DNA of 64,000 nucleotides, taken from positions 1 through 64,000 of the forward strand of contig JBHLSH010000005.1 of NCBI GenBank assembly GCA_048881705.1, in the 5' to 3' direction. Under the pieces are notes generated by a model. That model saw nothing but the letters and a program-made list of their open reading frames with translations, was not told where the DNA came from and did not search any database. This DNA comes from Candidatus Heimdallarchaeota archaeon. Lineage in GTDB: Archaea; Asgardarchaeota; Heimdallarchaeia; Hodarchaeales; Hodarchaeaceae. Below are positions 1 to 9,806 of this stretch, in pieces. The translations under genes were made by a program, and so were the position numbers. Positions within the stretch are counted from its first letter, which is position 1; each line of letters begins with the position of its first letter.

Positions 1-3
1 TTC

Positions 4-29
4 TTTTTTTTTTTTTTTTTTTTTTTTTT
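4..29 (+). repeat. 26-nt poly(T) tract
   Basis: Uninterrupted T run at the start of the window. Confidence 0.9.
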
Positions 30-335
30 AGACCTGATGTTTACAATCTGTTAGTAGGGAAATTCTCGTATCTTTTCAATTCCAATGGATGCAATTGCAA
101 AGGACTGATCTAATCTGGTTCAACAGAAAACACTATTATCATTATTTATGAGTCCTTTATCAGTACTATTAAAGTACACATTCTGGTTCAAAGTTCTAGA
201 TAGGATTTACCATCCTTGGATAAGGTGAATGTTGTTATTTATGAATCCATAAAATACCAAAAATCACCTTTGGTGTGTGATAAGAGGCACAAGATGCAAA
301 TATTCGAGATTGATAACCCGATCTTTCAGTAGGAG

Positions 336-1595
336 ATGACTCATATGGACAAACCGGCAATACAAGGAGGGAAACCAGTTCGGTCAAGCCCACTTCCCTT
401 ATTTGATGTAAGTCTTGGCGATGAAGAAATAGATAATGTATTAGATGTGTTAAAATCTAGAAAATTGGTTTCAACGCACGGAAATTGGGCAAATGAGTTT
501 GGAAAACTAGTTAAGGAATATTTGGGTTCCAAATACATAGTAATGGCAAATAACGGTACAAGTACGATCCATTTAGCGCTTATTGCCTTGGGTGTTGGGC
601 CTGGAGACGAAGTGATTTGCTCTCCGCTTGGATGGATTTCTTCTGGTACACCCGTTCTTTATCAAAACGCCATTCCCATCTATGCTGATACTGATAGCCA
701 ATATGGATTTATAGATCCAATAGATATTGAAAAGAAGATTACTCATAGAACTAAGGCTATCTGTGTAGTCCACACTTGGGGCCTTCCCGCAGATTTGGAT
801 CCAATCCTTGAAATCGGAGAAAAACATGGAATCCCAGTAATTGAGGATGCAGCAGAAGCACTCGGAGGAACTTATAAAAATAAAAAGATAGGTACAATGG
901 GGACATTTGGCAGCTTTTCTACGGTTTGGAATAAGATAATTACGACGGGAGAAGGAGGATTTCTTATATCTGAAAACGAAGAGCTCATTGAGAAGGCACG
1001 TCGATTTGGAAACTTTGCAAAGGTTCCCGGCAGAGGGGATTATTTTAGCGGATTAGGCTATAACTACCGGATGACAGAGTTAATGGGGGCTTTGGGTTTT
1101 GCGCAAATTAAACGAATTGATGAGTTAGTGACGAAAAGAAGAAAAAATGCTGCATATCTTACGAAACAACTTGATTCACTCAATATTGAAGGGCTTATCA
1201 CGCCAAAGGAACCTAAATGGGGTAATAATTCCGGAACAAAGGGTGTTTACTGGAAATATACAGTAATCTTGGAACCAGATAAATTTTTTACCTCACGAGA
1301 TCAGATCCTAAAAGCAATACAAGCTGAAGGGGTCTTGAGTGCCGGCCCAGTGGAGCCTGATAATCTCCAGCCCTTTTACCTCAAGAAAGAAGTTTATGGA
1401 AGGACTAAATGTCCTTGGGAGTGTAAATATGCTGACGTTCCTCAAGATATAGATTATGCTAATATGTGTCCTACAGCTAAGGTATATTCTGACAAAATTA
1501 TATGGTTAACAGGTTGTAGTCCAAATCTAACACAGAATGATCTCGACTCTATTGTTGATGCTGTTGAAAAGGTTGCGAAATGGTATCAAACTTAG
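336..1595 (+). CDS. DegT/DnrJ/EryC1/StrS family PLP-dependent sugar aminotransferase
   Basis: NNGTSTIHLAL, AICVVHTWG, VIEDAAEA, SFSTVWNKIITTGEGG (PLP lysine), GYNYRMTE; AGGAG just upstream of the ATG. Confidence 0.93.
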   Translation: MTHMDKPAIQGGKPVRSSPLPLFDVSLGDEEIDNVLDVLKSRKLVSTHGNWANEFGKLVKEYLGSKYIVMANNGTSTIHLALIALGVGPGDEVICSPLGWISSGTPVLYQNAIPIYADTDSQYGFIDPIDIEKKITHRTKAICVVHTWGLPADLDPILEIGEKHGIPVIEDAAEALGGTYKNKKIGTMGTFGSFSTVWNKIITTGEGGFLISENEELIEKARRFGNFAKVPGRGDYFSGLGYNYRMTELMGALGFAQIKRIDELVTKRRKNAAYLTKQLDSLNIEGLITPKEPKWGNNSGTKGVYWKYTVILEPDKFFTSRDQILKAIQAEGVLSAGPVEPDNLQPFYLKKEVYGRTKCPWECKYADVPQDIDYANMCPTAKVYSDKIIWLTGCSPNLTQNDLDSIVDAVEKVAKWYQT

Positions 1596-2028
1596 ATTAG
1601 AGGGATATCTTGGAGTGATTTGAGAGGACACTAGTGGAATTCGTCATATTGGAGAAGTTTTGTAACATGTATATGTACGAGCAAACCAAATCGAAATCTC
1701 TTCCTTATTTCATATTTTGCGTCAATGTAGTTTTAAAACAGCCTCAAGAAAACCCTTAAAAATAAAACGTTTTGTTGGTCTTACGGATTTCGGAATTTTC
1801 GCGATTTGGCTTCATCAATGATATCAGGTTTTCCTTCAACCTAGATCATTGTTAAATTAGTTTTCCTAGTAGTGATATGCGTAATAGTGAATTCTCTATC
1901 CTTTTTTCAAGATATAAATTAGATAGATTTAAATATATGTTTGTTATTAATCCATGATTCGTAATTTAGGGATCTATACCCCCTGAATTCAGTTAAACCA
2001 TATAAAAACAAAAATTGGTGAAGAAAAA

Positions 2029-3642
2029 TTGGCAATAATGCAATTTGAGATCATCAACGATATCCTTTCACTACCTATTAACTTTCTGTTCAACGGCGGC
2101 CCCGTGATTTTTATGCCCGTCATTATTGTAATCTTGGGCCTCATTTTCAGACAGAGTTTATCAAAGTCAATACGTAGTGGTATTCTCATCGGCATTGGTT
2201 TCATCGGGATTTTCACTTTTGCCTTTGATGTATTTGGAGGAACGATAGGACCCGCAGCTGTGGCATTTGTTGAAAATACTGGAGTTTCCTTAAGTGTGAT
2301 CGATGTGGGCTGGGGCTTAGCTAGTAGTATTACTTGGGCGATGCCAACAGCATTTGGAGTAATTATCGTGTGTTTCCTAGTGAATCTAATTATGTTAGCA
2401 ATCGGAACTAGGAAATTCGACTTTCCTGAAGGTCTCCCCATCTTTGGTGGTAGATCAGTCGGTCTTGGTACAATGACATTGGACGTGGATCTTTGGAATT
2501 ATTGGGCCTTTGGATTTACAGCCGCTTTAACCTATGTAGTAACCCAATCCTACCTTGGCGAGCTCATGGCCTATGTTGTCGCAATGATAGCAGCAATAAT
2601 TCATGCAATCATGGCCTATAAGATTTCGGATTGGATTGCTCCATGTATGGCGGATCCTGAGAACTTTAATCTTCCAGGAATTTCACTTCCTCATGGAAAC
2701 GCAATGATGGCACCGTATGCTTTTGGGATCGACAAAGTATTACGGAAAATCCCCGTCATTGGAACGGCTAAAGCAGACCCCGAATCAGTTCAAGAAAGAT
2801 TTGGTCTTATTGGTGAACCAATTTTCCTTGGATTGGTGATAGGAGGTTTTATAGCGATATTAGGTTACTACCCGCTACTAACGCCATTCACCGTCGATAA
2901 TTTATTGGACTTTCTGCTCACAGTGTCAAACGTTGCAATGACAGCTGCTGCAGTTATGTATTTGATACCCAAAATGGTTGCAGTGCTGATGGAAGGATTG
3001 ATACCACTTTCGGAAGGTATTCGGGACTATATCACTCAAAAGTATCCAGGCCGTGAATTCATCATAGGAATGGATATGGCAATTATTGTGGGATATCCTG
3101 CTGTTGTCGCAGTAGCCCTCATCATGATTCCTATATCTATTGTGTTGTCGGTTGCTCTTAGCGTCATCCCAGCACCATTTGGAATGGTAGTACTTCCGTT
3201 TGCAGACCTAGCTGGTATGGTGTTTTATTCCGTATTAGCTGTAATGCCATCCAAAGGTAATATCGTTCGCGGAGTTATCTCAGGGACAATTCAGCTTGTC
3301 GTTATTTTATATACTGCTGGTATAATGGCCCCGTTAATGACCGCAGCTGGAGCAGTAGCAATAAGTGCAGGAACATTCGCTATCGATCCGGACATCACGG
3401 CTCTGTTTGGCACAGATCTTACTATTACGTCGCTGGATGCAGGAAGTAATTCCGTTCACTGGATGATCATTCTGCTATTCTTCTGGCTATTCCCGCTCGC
3501 AGAATGGACTACGCTGTTTACAGATTTAGGATATTTGGCATGGTTTGCAATCGATATCGCCTGGTGGGTTGGATACATTCTTCTTTGGATGTACTTGAAG
3601 GACGAACCAACCAAGATTTCGGAGGAGAAACTTCATTCCTAG
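2029..3642 (+). CDS. gatC: PTS galactitol-family EIIC component (GatC/SgcC-like); start may be ATG at 2038
   Basis: Multi-TM protein with GatC motifs: IDVGWG, LDVDLWNYW, GISLPHG, IGEPIFLG, PLSEGIR, EFIIGMDMAIIVG, LPFADLA. Confidence 0.9.
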   Translation: MAIMQFEIINDILSLPINFLFNGGPVIFMPVIIVILGLIFRQSLSKSIRSGILIGIGFIGIFTFAFDVFGGTIGPAAVAFVENTGVSLSVIDVGWGLASSITWAMPTAFGVIIVCFLVNLIMLAIGTRKFDFPEGLPIFGGRSVGLGTMTLDVDLWNYWAFGFTAALTYVVTQSYLGELMAYVVAMIAAIIHAIMAYKISDWIAPCMADPENFNLPGISLPHGNAMMAPYAFGIDKVLRKIPVIGTAKADPESVQERFGLIGEPIFLGLVIGGFIAILGYYPLLTPFTVDNLLDFLLTVSNVAMTAAAVMYLIPKMVAVLMEGLIPLSEGIRDYITQKYPGREFIIGMDMAIIVGYPAVVAVALIMIPISIVLSVALSVIPAPFGMVVLPFADLAGMVFYSVLAVMPSKGNIVRGVISGTIQLVVILYTAGIMAPLMTAAGAVAISAGTFAIDPDITALFGTDLTITSLDAGSNSVHWMIILLFFWLFPLAEWTTLFTDLGYLAWFAIDIAWWVGYILLWMYLKDEPTKISEEKLHS

Positions 3643-3643
3643 T

Positions 3644-3712
3644 TTTTTCGGGAAATAGCTTTTTCCTCTTCCCTTCCTTTTCTTTTTTTCAAAAAGCGAC
3701 TTCTTTTTTTTT
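3644..3712 (+). terminator. Pyrimidine/oligo-T tract between EIIC and EIIB genes, possible archaeal intrinsic terminator
   Basis: Several T runs (T6-T9) directly after the gatC stop codon. Confidence 0.35.
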
Positions 3713-3805
3713 GTAAAATTCAGGTCATCAAAGTATTTGGTCACTAAGATTTTAAAACGAAAAACTGTTTACGTTATGATAACCTATTCTTAGAGAGATC
3801 TCACG

Positions 3806-4126
3806 TTGTCCATAAAAAAAGTACTAGTTGCATGTGGAACAGCGATCGCTACGGCTACTGTCGTGGCATCAAAAATCAAGGAAGAATGTAAAGCCAATAA
3901 AATAAGAGTAGATGTCTCTCAATGCAAATCATTTGAAGTTAAAGCGAAAGTTAATTATCAAAAGTACGATTTGGTTGTTTCATCAACCAAAGTTTCTGGT
4001 GAAACAACGACAGAAGATGGGAAAAGAGTAATAAATAATGTTCCAATTCTTAACGCCATTCCTTATCTTTCTGGTGTAAATAAAGATAAATTAACTCAAG
4101 ATATAATTGCTATTCTCAAAGAATAA
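3806..4126 (+). CDS. gatB: PTS galactitol-family EIIB component
   Basis: VLVACGTAIATAT phospho-Cys loop matches GatB (ACGGAVATST); 106 aa; TTG start. Confidence 0.9.
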   Translation: MSIKKVLVACGTAIATATVVASKIKEECKANKIRVDVSQCKSFEVKAKVNYQKYDLVVSSTKVSGETTTEDGKRVINNVPILNAIPYLSGVNKDKLTQDIIAILKE

Positions 4127-4305
4127 TTAATCAGGCTCTTCCTCCTGCTGTTTGACCCTTCACATCTAATTTTCACTCTATTAGTCTCAGATAATGCAAT
4201 TCAGACAATTTCGTTACTTTGTGGTTAATTGCTATTACTTATAATTAATATAATGCTCTTTGAAAATATAATTCATGGAATTAATAACATCTGGTAGGAT
4301 TATTA

Positions 4306-4935
4306 ATGGGTAAAAAATCGATTCTTAAAACTAAACGCGAAATGGCAACAATTAGTCGTCAAATCTATGATAAGGGGCTCACTTATAGCACGGGTGGAAA
4401 TATTAGTGTAAAGCTAGGAGATGACCAGTTCCTAATTAAACCCGCAGATTTCTGTTTTGGCGATATGCGGGCTAAGGATTTTATAACTATTAACAAAAAA
4501 GGAGAAATTTTGGATGGTCAACCAGGAAATAGGCCATCAAGCGAAACTAAAATGCATCTAGCTGTTTATCGTGACATTAAAGATGCCAAGGCCGTGATTC
4601 ATACTCATTCTCCTTATACAATGGTGTTTGCAACAAGTGGAAAACCGATTGAAGCTGCAACAACGTTTGCAGAGGAAGAAATTGGCTTGGTACCAGTAGC
4701 GCCTTATCGAGATCCAGGTACACAAGCTTTAGCGGATATTGTTGGTAAAACATTACAAAACGTGGAAAAAGGATTCTATCCCCCACCTAACCAACCCGCT
4801 ATCGCATGTCTATTGGAACGACACGGTGTCTTATTAGCTGGTAAGAATCTCAAACAGACCTTTTATGCTTTAGAATCATTAGAAACTACTGCAAGAACTC
4901 TATTGTGGATGAAAGTCCTTGAAATTGCTGGCTGA
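4306..4935 (+). CDS. Class II aldolase/adducin family protein (FucA-like)
   Basis: GGNISV, PSSETKMH, VIHTHSPY and LLERHGV provide the Glu + 3 His Zn site. Confidence 0.9.
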   Translation: MGKKSILKTKREMATISRQIYDKGLTYSTGGNISVKLGDDQFLIKPADFCFGDMRAKDFITINKKGEILDGQPGNRPSSETKMHLAVYRDIKDAKAVIHTHSPYTMVFATSGKPIEAATTFAEEEIGLVPVAPYRDPGTQALADIVGKTLQNVEKGFYPPPNQPAIACLLERHGVLLAGKNLKQTFYALESLETTARTLLWMKVLEIAG

Positions 4936-4950
4936 TTCAAAGTGATCTAA

Positions 4951-6015
4951 ATGATCCCTTCTAAGATGAAAGCAGGTCTAATGTATGGACCAGGGGATGT
5001 TCGAATTGAAATGGTGCCTACTCCTAAACCTGAGGACAATGGAGTGCTCATTAGAGTCGAAGCTGTTGGAATTTGCGCAACTGACGTGAAAAAATATATA
5101 GGTCTCTCATCTGTTAGTTTTCCTATTATTCTAGGCCACGAGTTCGCGGGAACGATCGTTTCAATGGGAAAAAATGTCAATGGATACAAAATTGGAGAAA
5201 AAGTGAGTGCAAACCCAGATATTCCCTGTTTTCAGTGTAAATATTGTATTCAATCTAAATACAATCTCTGCACTCAATTATCAGTAATTGGTTATGGTAC
5301 CGAGGAAATCGAACCGATTAATGGTGCCTTTGCTCAGTATGTGAAAGTTCCAACTTGGAACTTAATCCGATTACAACATTCAATCACCTTTGAGGAAGCT
5401 ACCTTCATAGAACCATTTGCTTGCGTTATCCGAAGCTTCAATCAAGGAAGAGTTTCAATTTCAGATGAGATAGTCATTTTAGGGGACGGAAGGATCGGTT
5501 TACTTCACATTCAACTTGCAAGGGAGTATGGAGTAAAAGGAATCTATGTGACAGGTCTGTCGGATAATAGACTTGCAATAGCTAGGGAATTAGGGGTAAA
5601 ATCAGCAATCAATGTTCAAAATACAGATCCTGTGGATTTTATTTCAAAAGTGACCTATGATGGGGCCGATGTTGTCTTTGACACAACTGGCAGTGTTCCC
5701 GCAGCTGAACAAGGTGTCCAAATGCTTGCACCACATGGTAGATTCGTGTCTTTTGCGGGATTTCCAAAGTCTCAATCATCCATGAAGATAAATCCTCGCG
5801 ATTTACACTATAAAGAGATAACATTAACCGGATCCTTCGGATATGGATCATTAATGGATTATTATTTGGCAGAACAGTTAATTAATTCTAGAAAAATTGA
5901 TGTAGATATACTAACGACTTACACACGACCTCTAGACGATTTAGAGAAGGGATTAAAAGAAATTGCAGAATTAAAGAGTATAAGAACTATTCTTAAGCCG
6001 AATATGAATTCTTAG
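4951..6015 (+). CDS. Zn-dependent polyol(-phosphate) dehydrogenase (MDR family)
   Basis: GICATD, GHEFAG, structural Zn motif CFQCKYCIQSKYNLC, IEPFAC, GDGRIG. Confidence 0.92.
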   Translation: MIPSKMKAGLMYGPGDVRIEMVPTPKPEDNGVLIRVEAVGICATDVKKYIGLSSVSFPIILGHEFAGTIVSMGKNVNGYKIGEKVSANPDIPCFQCKYCIQSKYNLCTQLSVIGYGTEEIEPINGAFAQYVKVPTWNLIRLQHSITFEEATFIEPFACVIRSFNQGRVSISDEIVILGDGRIGLLHIQLAREYGVKGIYVTGLSDNRLAIARELGVKSAINVQNTDPVDFISKVTYDGADVVFDTTGSVPAAEQGVQMLAPHGRFVSFAGFPKSQSSMKINPRDLHYKEITLTGSFGYGSLMDYYLAEQLINSRKIDVDILTTYTRPLDDLEKGLKEIAELKSIRTILKPNMNS

Positions 6016-6029
6016 CGGAAGGATCCACA

Positions 6030-7088
6030 ATGGTTTCAGAGACAAAAAATCATGAAAACATTATCAAATTCATACATCTACTTGACAAATGGAGAAAACA
6101 TTATCCCACTGATCAGGAAATCGTCGCTTTAACCGCTGCTGGTTCTAAGAAGTATTCTAGAGAAGTAAATAGATCGGTTAAGATTGCTCGGGATCTTCAA
6201 ATTCCTGATAATTTTCCATTATTAGACCGTCTTCTTCCCCCCGCGGAAACGATTACTGCGGCTTTATTGATCGTTTTCGTTGTTGTAATACTGTCATCCT
6301 TTTGGAGTATTTTTTCGTGGGCTGATGATCTCCTTTCTAATCCGCTGTATGTATTTACCACACTTATTTCTGTCCTTTTTACTGCCACAATTAGGTACCA
6401 ACATCGTCAAAAGACCAAGGAATATTCAGAAGAAAATAAAACACAGTTGAGAGAATTTAAACACATCGCAGATGATTTGGTTAATCAACTCTTACCTCTT
6501 GCCATTGCAGGGGAGTTTGAACCACGATCCTATCCCTTTCAACTCAACTATGATGATTATAAGGGATTACGGTTGATGGGACGAAGTAGTGGTACGTTTA
6601 AGTTAATGTTTTCCACTCCTCATACCATATTGGGGCCATCAAAAGATGCAAAAATTATGACCTCTTTTGGGCGTTTAGGATTTTACGACGGACTTAGAGG
6701 ATTTCAAGGGGGAAGGCCAGCAATTAAAATGGTCGTTAGCAAAATAGCTGGAGAATATAAAGCTTATTTGAAAAGATGTGCAGATTGGAGGCAGACTGGA
6801 GTTGATATTCTAGTCCGTAAAGCGGGAGAGGATGATATCAAGCAAACTTACCTGATTATTGATGATCGTGATGTTTGGACTACTGATCTTTTACTGGAAG
6901 AGATGGATATCAAAACTCCAACTAAAATCCAAAAAATCCAGAACAATTCGAAAAGATTGAATGTTCTTGAAAATTTTGAAAAACTCTGGCAGCAGTCACA
7001 AGTTGCAACAGAGCTGGAAGCAATTTCCTGGCGAGCGTATTTCAAAGAGAAGGCCGAGTTCGAACGTAAGAAGAAAGGAGAAATTTAG
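6030..7088 (+). CDS. Hypothetical membrane protein (2 TM) with possible C-terminal TrmB/PLD-like domain
   Basis: Two hydrophobic helices near aa 75-122; the C-terminal pattern (VDILVR...YLIIDDRDVW...NFEKLWQQS) resembles the TrmB effector fold. Confidence 0.6.
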   Translation: MVSETKNHENIIKFIHLLDKWRKHYPTDQEIVALTAAGSKKYSREVNRSVKIARDLQIPDNFPLLDRLLPPAETITAALLIVFVVVILSSFWSIFSWADDLLSNPLYVFTTLISVLFTATIRYQHRQKTKEYSEENKTQLREFKHIADDLVNQLLPLAIAGEFEPRSYPFQLNYDDYKGLRLMGRSSGTFKLMFSTPHTILGPSKDAKIMTSFGRLGFYDGLRGFQGGRPAIKMVVSKIAGEYKAYLKRCADWRQTGVDILVRKAGEDDIKQTYLIIDDRDVWTTDLLLEEMDIKTPTKIQKIQNNSKRLNVLENFEKLWQQSQVATELEAISWRAYFKEKAEFERKKKGEI

Positions 7089-7120
7089 TTATCAGCATCT
7101 ACCTAACTGGATTTAGTTAT

Positions 7121-8887
7121 TCAATTCTGGAAATCCTTCAATAATTGATAGATATCTTCTGGATCGTTTGATCTTAAGACCTTCTCTCCTAGAATCTTAC
7201 ATTCTAAATAAGTAATTTCAGTAATAATTTTCTTAGCACGTAGAAGTGAATGTGGTTGCATACTTAATTCATCGATTCCTAATCCTATTAGAAGAGGAAT
7301 CGCCAGAGGTTCACTAGCCAATTCTCCACAAACTCCAACCCATTTTCCATGAGAATGAGCTCCTTCAATAACTCCCTGAATTAATCTGATTACTGAAGGA
7401 TGGTAATGGTCATACAAATAAGCAACTGACTCATTTGTCCTGTCAGTAGCTAGTGTATACTGAGTCAGATCATTGGTTCCAATGCTAAAGAAATCGACAA
7501 AAGGGGCGATAATATCCGCGCAAATAGCTACAGAGGGAACCTCAACCATAATTCCAACTTCTACGGCCCTATTAATCTCGTAACCTTCGTTCTGGAGGTT
7601 TTGCTTTGTAGTCCCCATTAAACGCATTAAGCTACTAACTTCTTTTGCTGTTGTAATCATAGGAAACATTATTTTTAGATTACCGTGGACCGAAGCTCTT
7701 AATGCAGCTCTAATCTGAGTCGTGAGTATCTGTTTAAATTCGCTCTGGGATGCCAGGCGGGTACCTCGAAGCCCCAAGAATGGATTTACCTCTTTAGGGA
7801 GATTAATATAAGCTAGTTCCTTATCTCCCCCTATATCTAAGGTTCGTATAATAACTGGGTATTTTTCCATTCCTTCTAAAAATTTTCTAAAAATTGAGAA
7901 CAATTCCTCTTCTGTTGGAAGGTTTATCCGATTTAAATACATGAATTCCGTTCTAAGAAGACCCACTCCTTCGGCACCGACTTTCATTGCGGAACCTAAA
8001 TCATCTATTGATCCAAGATTTACATTAAGTTGAATTTCATGATTATCTTTTGTTATTGCTCGTACTTCCTTATATCTTTGTAGGAGCTTCTCCTCCTCGG
8101 CATACTGAACTTTTTTAGACTCGTATGATTGGATGGTATCAAGATCGGGATCAATAATGACCTCTCCATTGGAGCCATCAACTACAAGTGTATCAGAGTT
8201 GGAAATAGTTTCTAATAAAGTTGAAGTTCCAGTACCGACCACCGCAGGTATATTAAGAGATCTTGACAATATAACAGCGTGGGAGGTAGGGCCTCCCGTC
8301 TCGGTTGCGATTGCTAAGACCATCGATTTGTTCATTTCAGCTGTATCAGATGGGGTAAGTTCATCAGCTACAATTATCACCGCTTCGTCAAGATCTGACA
8401 GTTCCGAAGTGTATTGATCAAGAAGAGCCTGTAAAATTTGATTTCCAGCATCTTTTATATCCTGGCCTCGTTCCTTGAAATAGTCATCCTCCATTGCCTC
8501 GAATTTTCTTTGCCATTTCTCTGAAACGCTTTTGATGGAGTCTACAAGTTGTATATTATTCTTAATCTTTTCTATAATCTCTGATTGAAAATCCTCGTCC
8601 TCTATCATCAGCATTTGCGCATCAAAAACGCCTGCTTCATCACTACCGATTTCTTCTTCAACTTTAGAAACAATTCGCGACAATCTCTCTAATGCTTTAT
8701 TCGTAGCGTTCTTAAACAGGATTATTGCCTCATTAGGATTAAGATCCTGAAATTCCCCCCCAATTATCATTTGAATATCTGGTGCTTTAAATACTCGTGC
8801 CTTCCCAATTGCAATGCCAGGGGAACCAGGGATCCCGATAATTTTTTTCATTTTGGGCCCAAGTAGTTGATCTTCAATCTTCGCCAA
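7121..8887 (-). CDS. ptsI: PTS Enzyme I (PEP-protein phosphotransferase)
   Basis: GGPTSHAVILSRSL (phospho-His), GVGLLRTEF, RTLDIGGDK, NPFLGLRG, SIGTNDLTQY, GVCGELA. Confidence 0.97.
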   Translation of the reverse strand: MAKIEDQLLGPKMKKIIGIPGSPGIAIGKARVFKAPDIQMIIGGEFQDLNPNEAIILFKNATNKALERLSRIVSKVEEEIGSDEAGVFDAQMLMIEDEDFQSEIIEKIKNNIQLVDSIKSVSEKWQRKFEAMEDDYFKERGQDIKDAGNQILQALLDQYTSELSDLDEAVIIVADELTPSDTAEMNKSMVLAIATETGGPTSHAVILSRSLNIPAVVGTGTSTLLETISNSDTLVVDGSNGEVIIDPDLDTIQSYESKKVQYAEEEKLLQRYKEVRAITKDNHEIQLNVNLGSIDDLGSAMKVGAEGVGLLRTEFMYLNRINLPTEEELFSIFRKFLEGMEKYPVIIRTLDIGGDKELAYINLPKEVNPFLGLRGTRLASQSEFKQILTTQIRAALRASVHGNLKIMFPMITTAKEVSSLMRLMGTTKQNLQNEGYEINRAVEVGIMVEVPSVAICADIIAPFVDFFSIGTNDLTQYTLATDRTNESVAYLYDHYHPSVIRLIQGVIEGAHSHGKWVGVCGELASEPLAIPLLIGLGIDELSMQPHSLLRAKKIITEITYLECKILGEKVLRSNDPEDIYQLLKDFQN

Positions 8888-9146
8888 ATCTATTCTGAAT
8901 TAATTCCCAAAGGACATTCCTTGCTTCTTCTGCATCCGTTCCATCTATAGTGACGATAATTTCATCATTCATGGCTGCACCTAACGCCAAGACACCCAGT
9001 ATTTTCTTAGCATCAACAACTTTGCCGTTTTTTTCAACGGTGATCTTTGAGTCGTATTTTTTGGAGGTTCTAACGAAAATCGCTGCGGGCCGGGCGTGCA
9101 AGCCCACCTTGTTTTTCAAGACCGTGGTAAACTGCAGTTTCGCCAT
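8874..9146 (-). CDS. ptsH: Phosphocarrier protein HPr
   Basis: GLHARPAA (His17); 90 aa; overlaps the ptsI start by 14 nt. Confidence 0.96.
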   Translation of the reverse strand: MAKLQFTTVLKNKVGLHARPAAIFVRTSKKYDSKITVEKNGKVVDAKKILGVLALGAAMNDEIIVTIDGTDAEEARNVLWELIQNRFGED

Positions 9147-9171
9147 AGGTGGTTCGTCTCAGACTTTACTG

Positions 9172-9624
9172 TCATTTTGGAGTAATTAAAGACTTTAAGG
9201 TTTCCTGAATCTCCTCAAAATCGTCGTGTGTTGCTATCTTTTGAATCAGATCAGGTTTACTGAAAACGTTTTCTGTCATGGCTGAAAGATTCGGTACAAC
9301 CATCTCTGGATTCTCAATTGCAAGTAGAAAGACAAGGTGCACAAAAATGCTGACCTCTGGATCCTCCATACACTCCCATTGAATTGGATCCTTGAGAATT
9401 CCGACTGCAATTGCCGATTTCTTTACGTGTTCAGTTTCGGCGTGAGGAATTGCAACATTGTGTGGACCTTCCAGTTCAAGTGCGGTAGGAAATTCCAGCT
9501 CCCGCTTATGAATCGCGTCCTCGTAAGAGTCCATGACATACCCGGTACTGCTAAGATAGCGAACGAGTTCGTGAATAATCTCACGCTTATTCCCTGCAGT
9601 TGATCTTTTTACAAAAATATCCAA
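9172..9624 (-). CDS. gatA: PTS EIIA component (GatA/fructose-mannitol fold)
   Basis: RELEFPTAL and VAIPHAE (phospho-His); TTG start with AGGAG upstream. Confidence 0.88.
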   Translation of the reverse strand: MDIFVKRSTAGNKREIIHELVRYLSSTGYVMDSYEDAIHKRELEFPTALELEGPHNVAIPHAETEHVKKSAIAVGILKDPIQWECMEDPEVSIFVHLVFLLAIENPEMVVPNLSAMTENVFSKPDLIQKIATHDDFEEIQETLKSLITPK

Positions 9625-9806
9625 TTATGCTCTCCTACTTCAGTGATTCACATCGACTAAACTTCTACTCTGACCATTGATTGGCATTCTCTTTCTTATT
9701 TTCATTTTTTATTAAAATTCAGTAGGGAGAAATGTCGGAGACATCATCTGGAGAATGATATCTGATGTATTGCACAATCGCATTTCCTAACAAGATCTGA
9801 ACCAAT

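Noticed and set aside
1989-2441. 150-aa antisense ORF over gatC
   Set aside because: An antisense mirror of a hydrophobic coding strand; no independent evidence.
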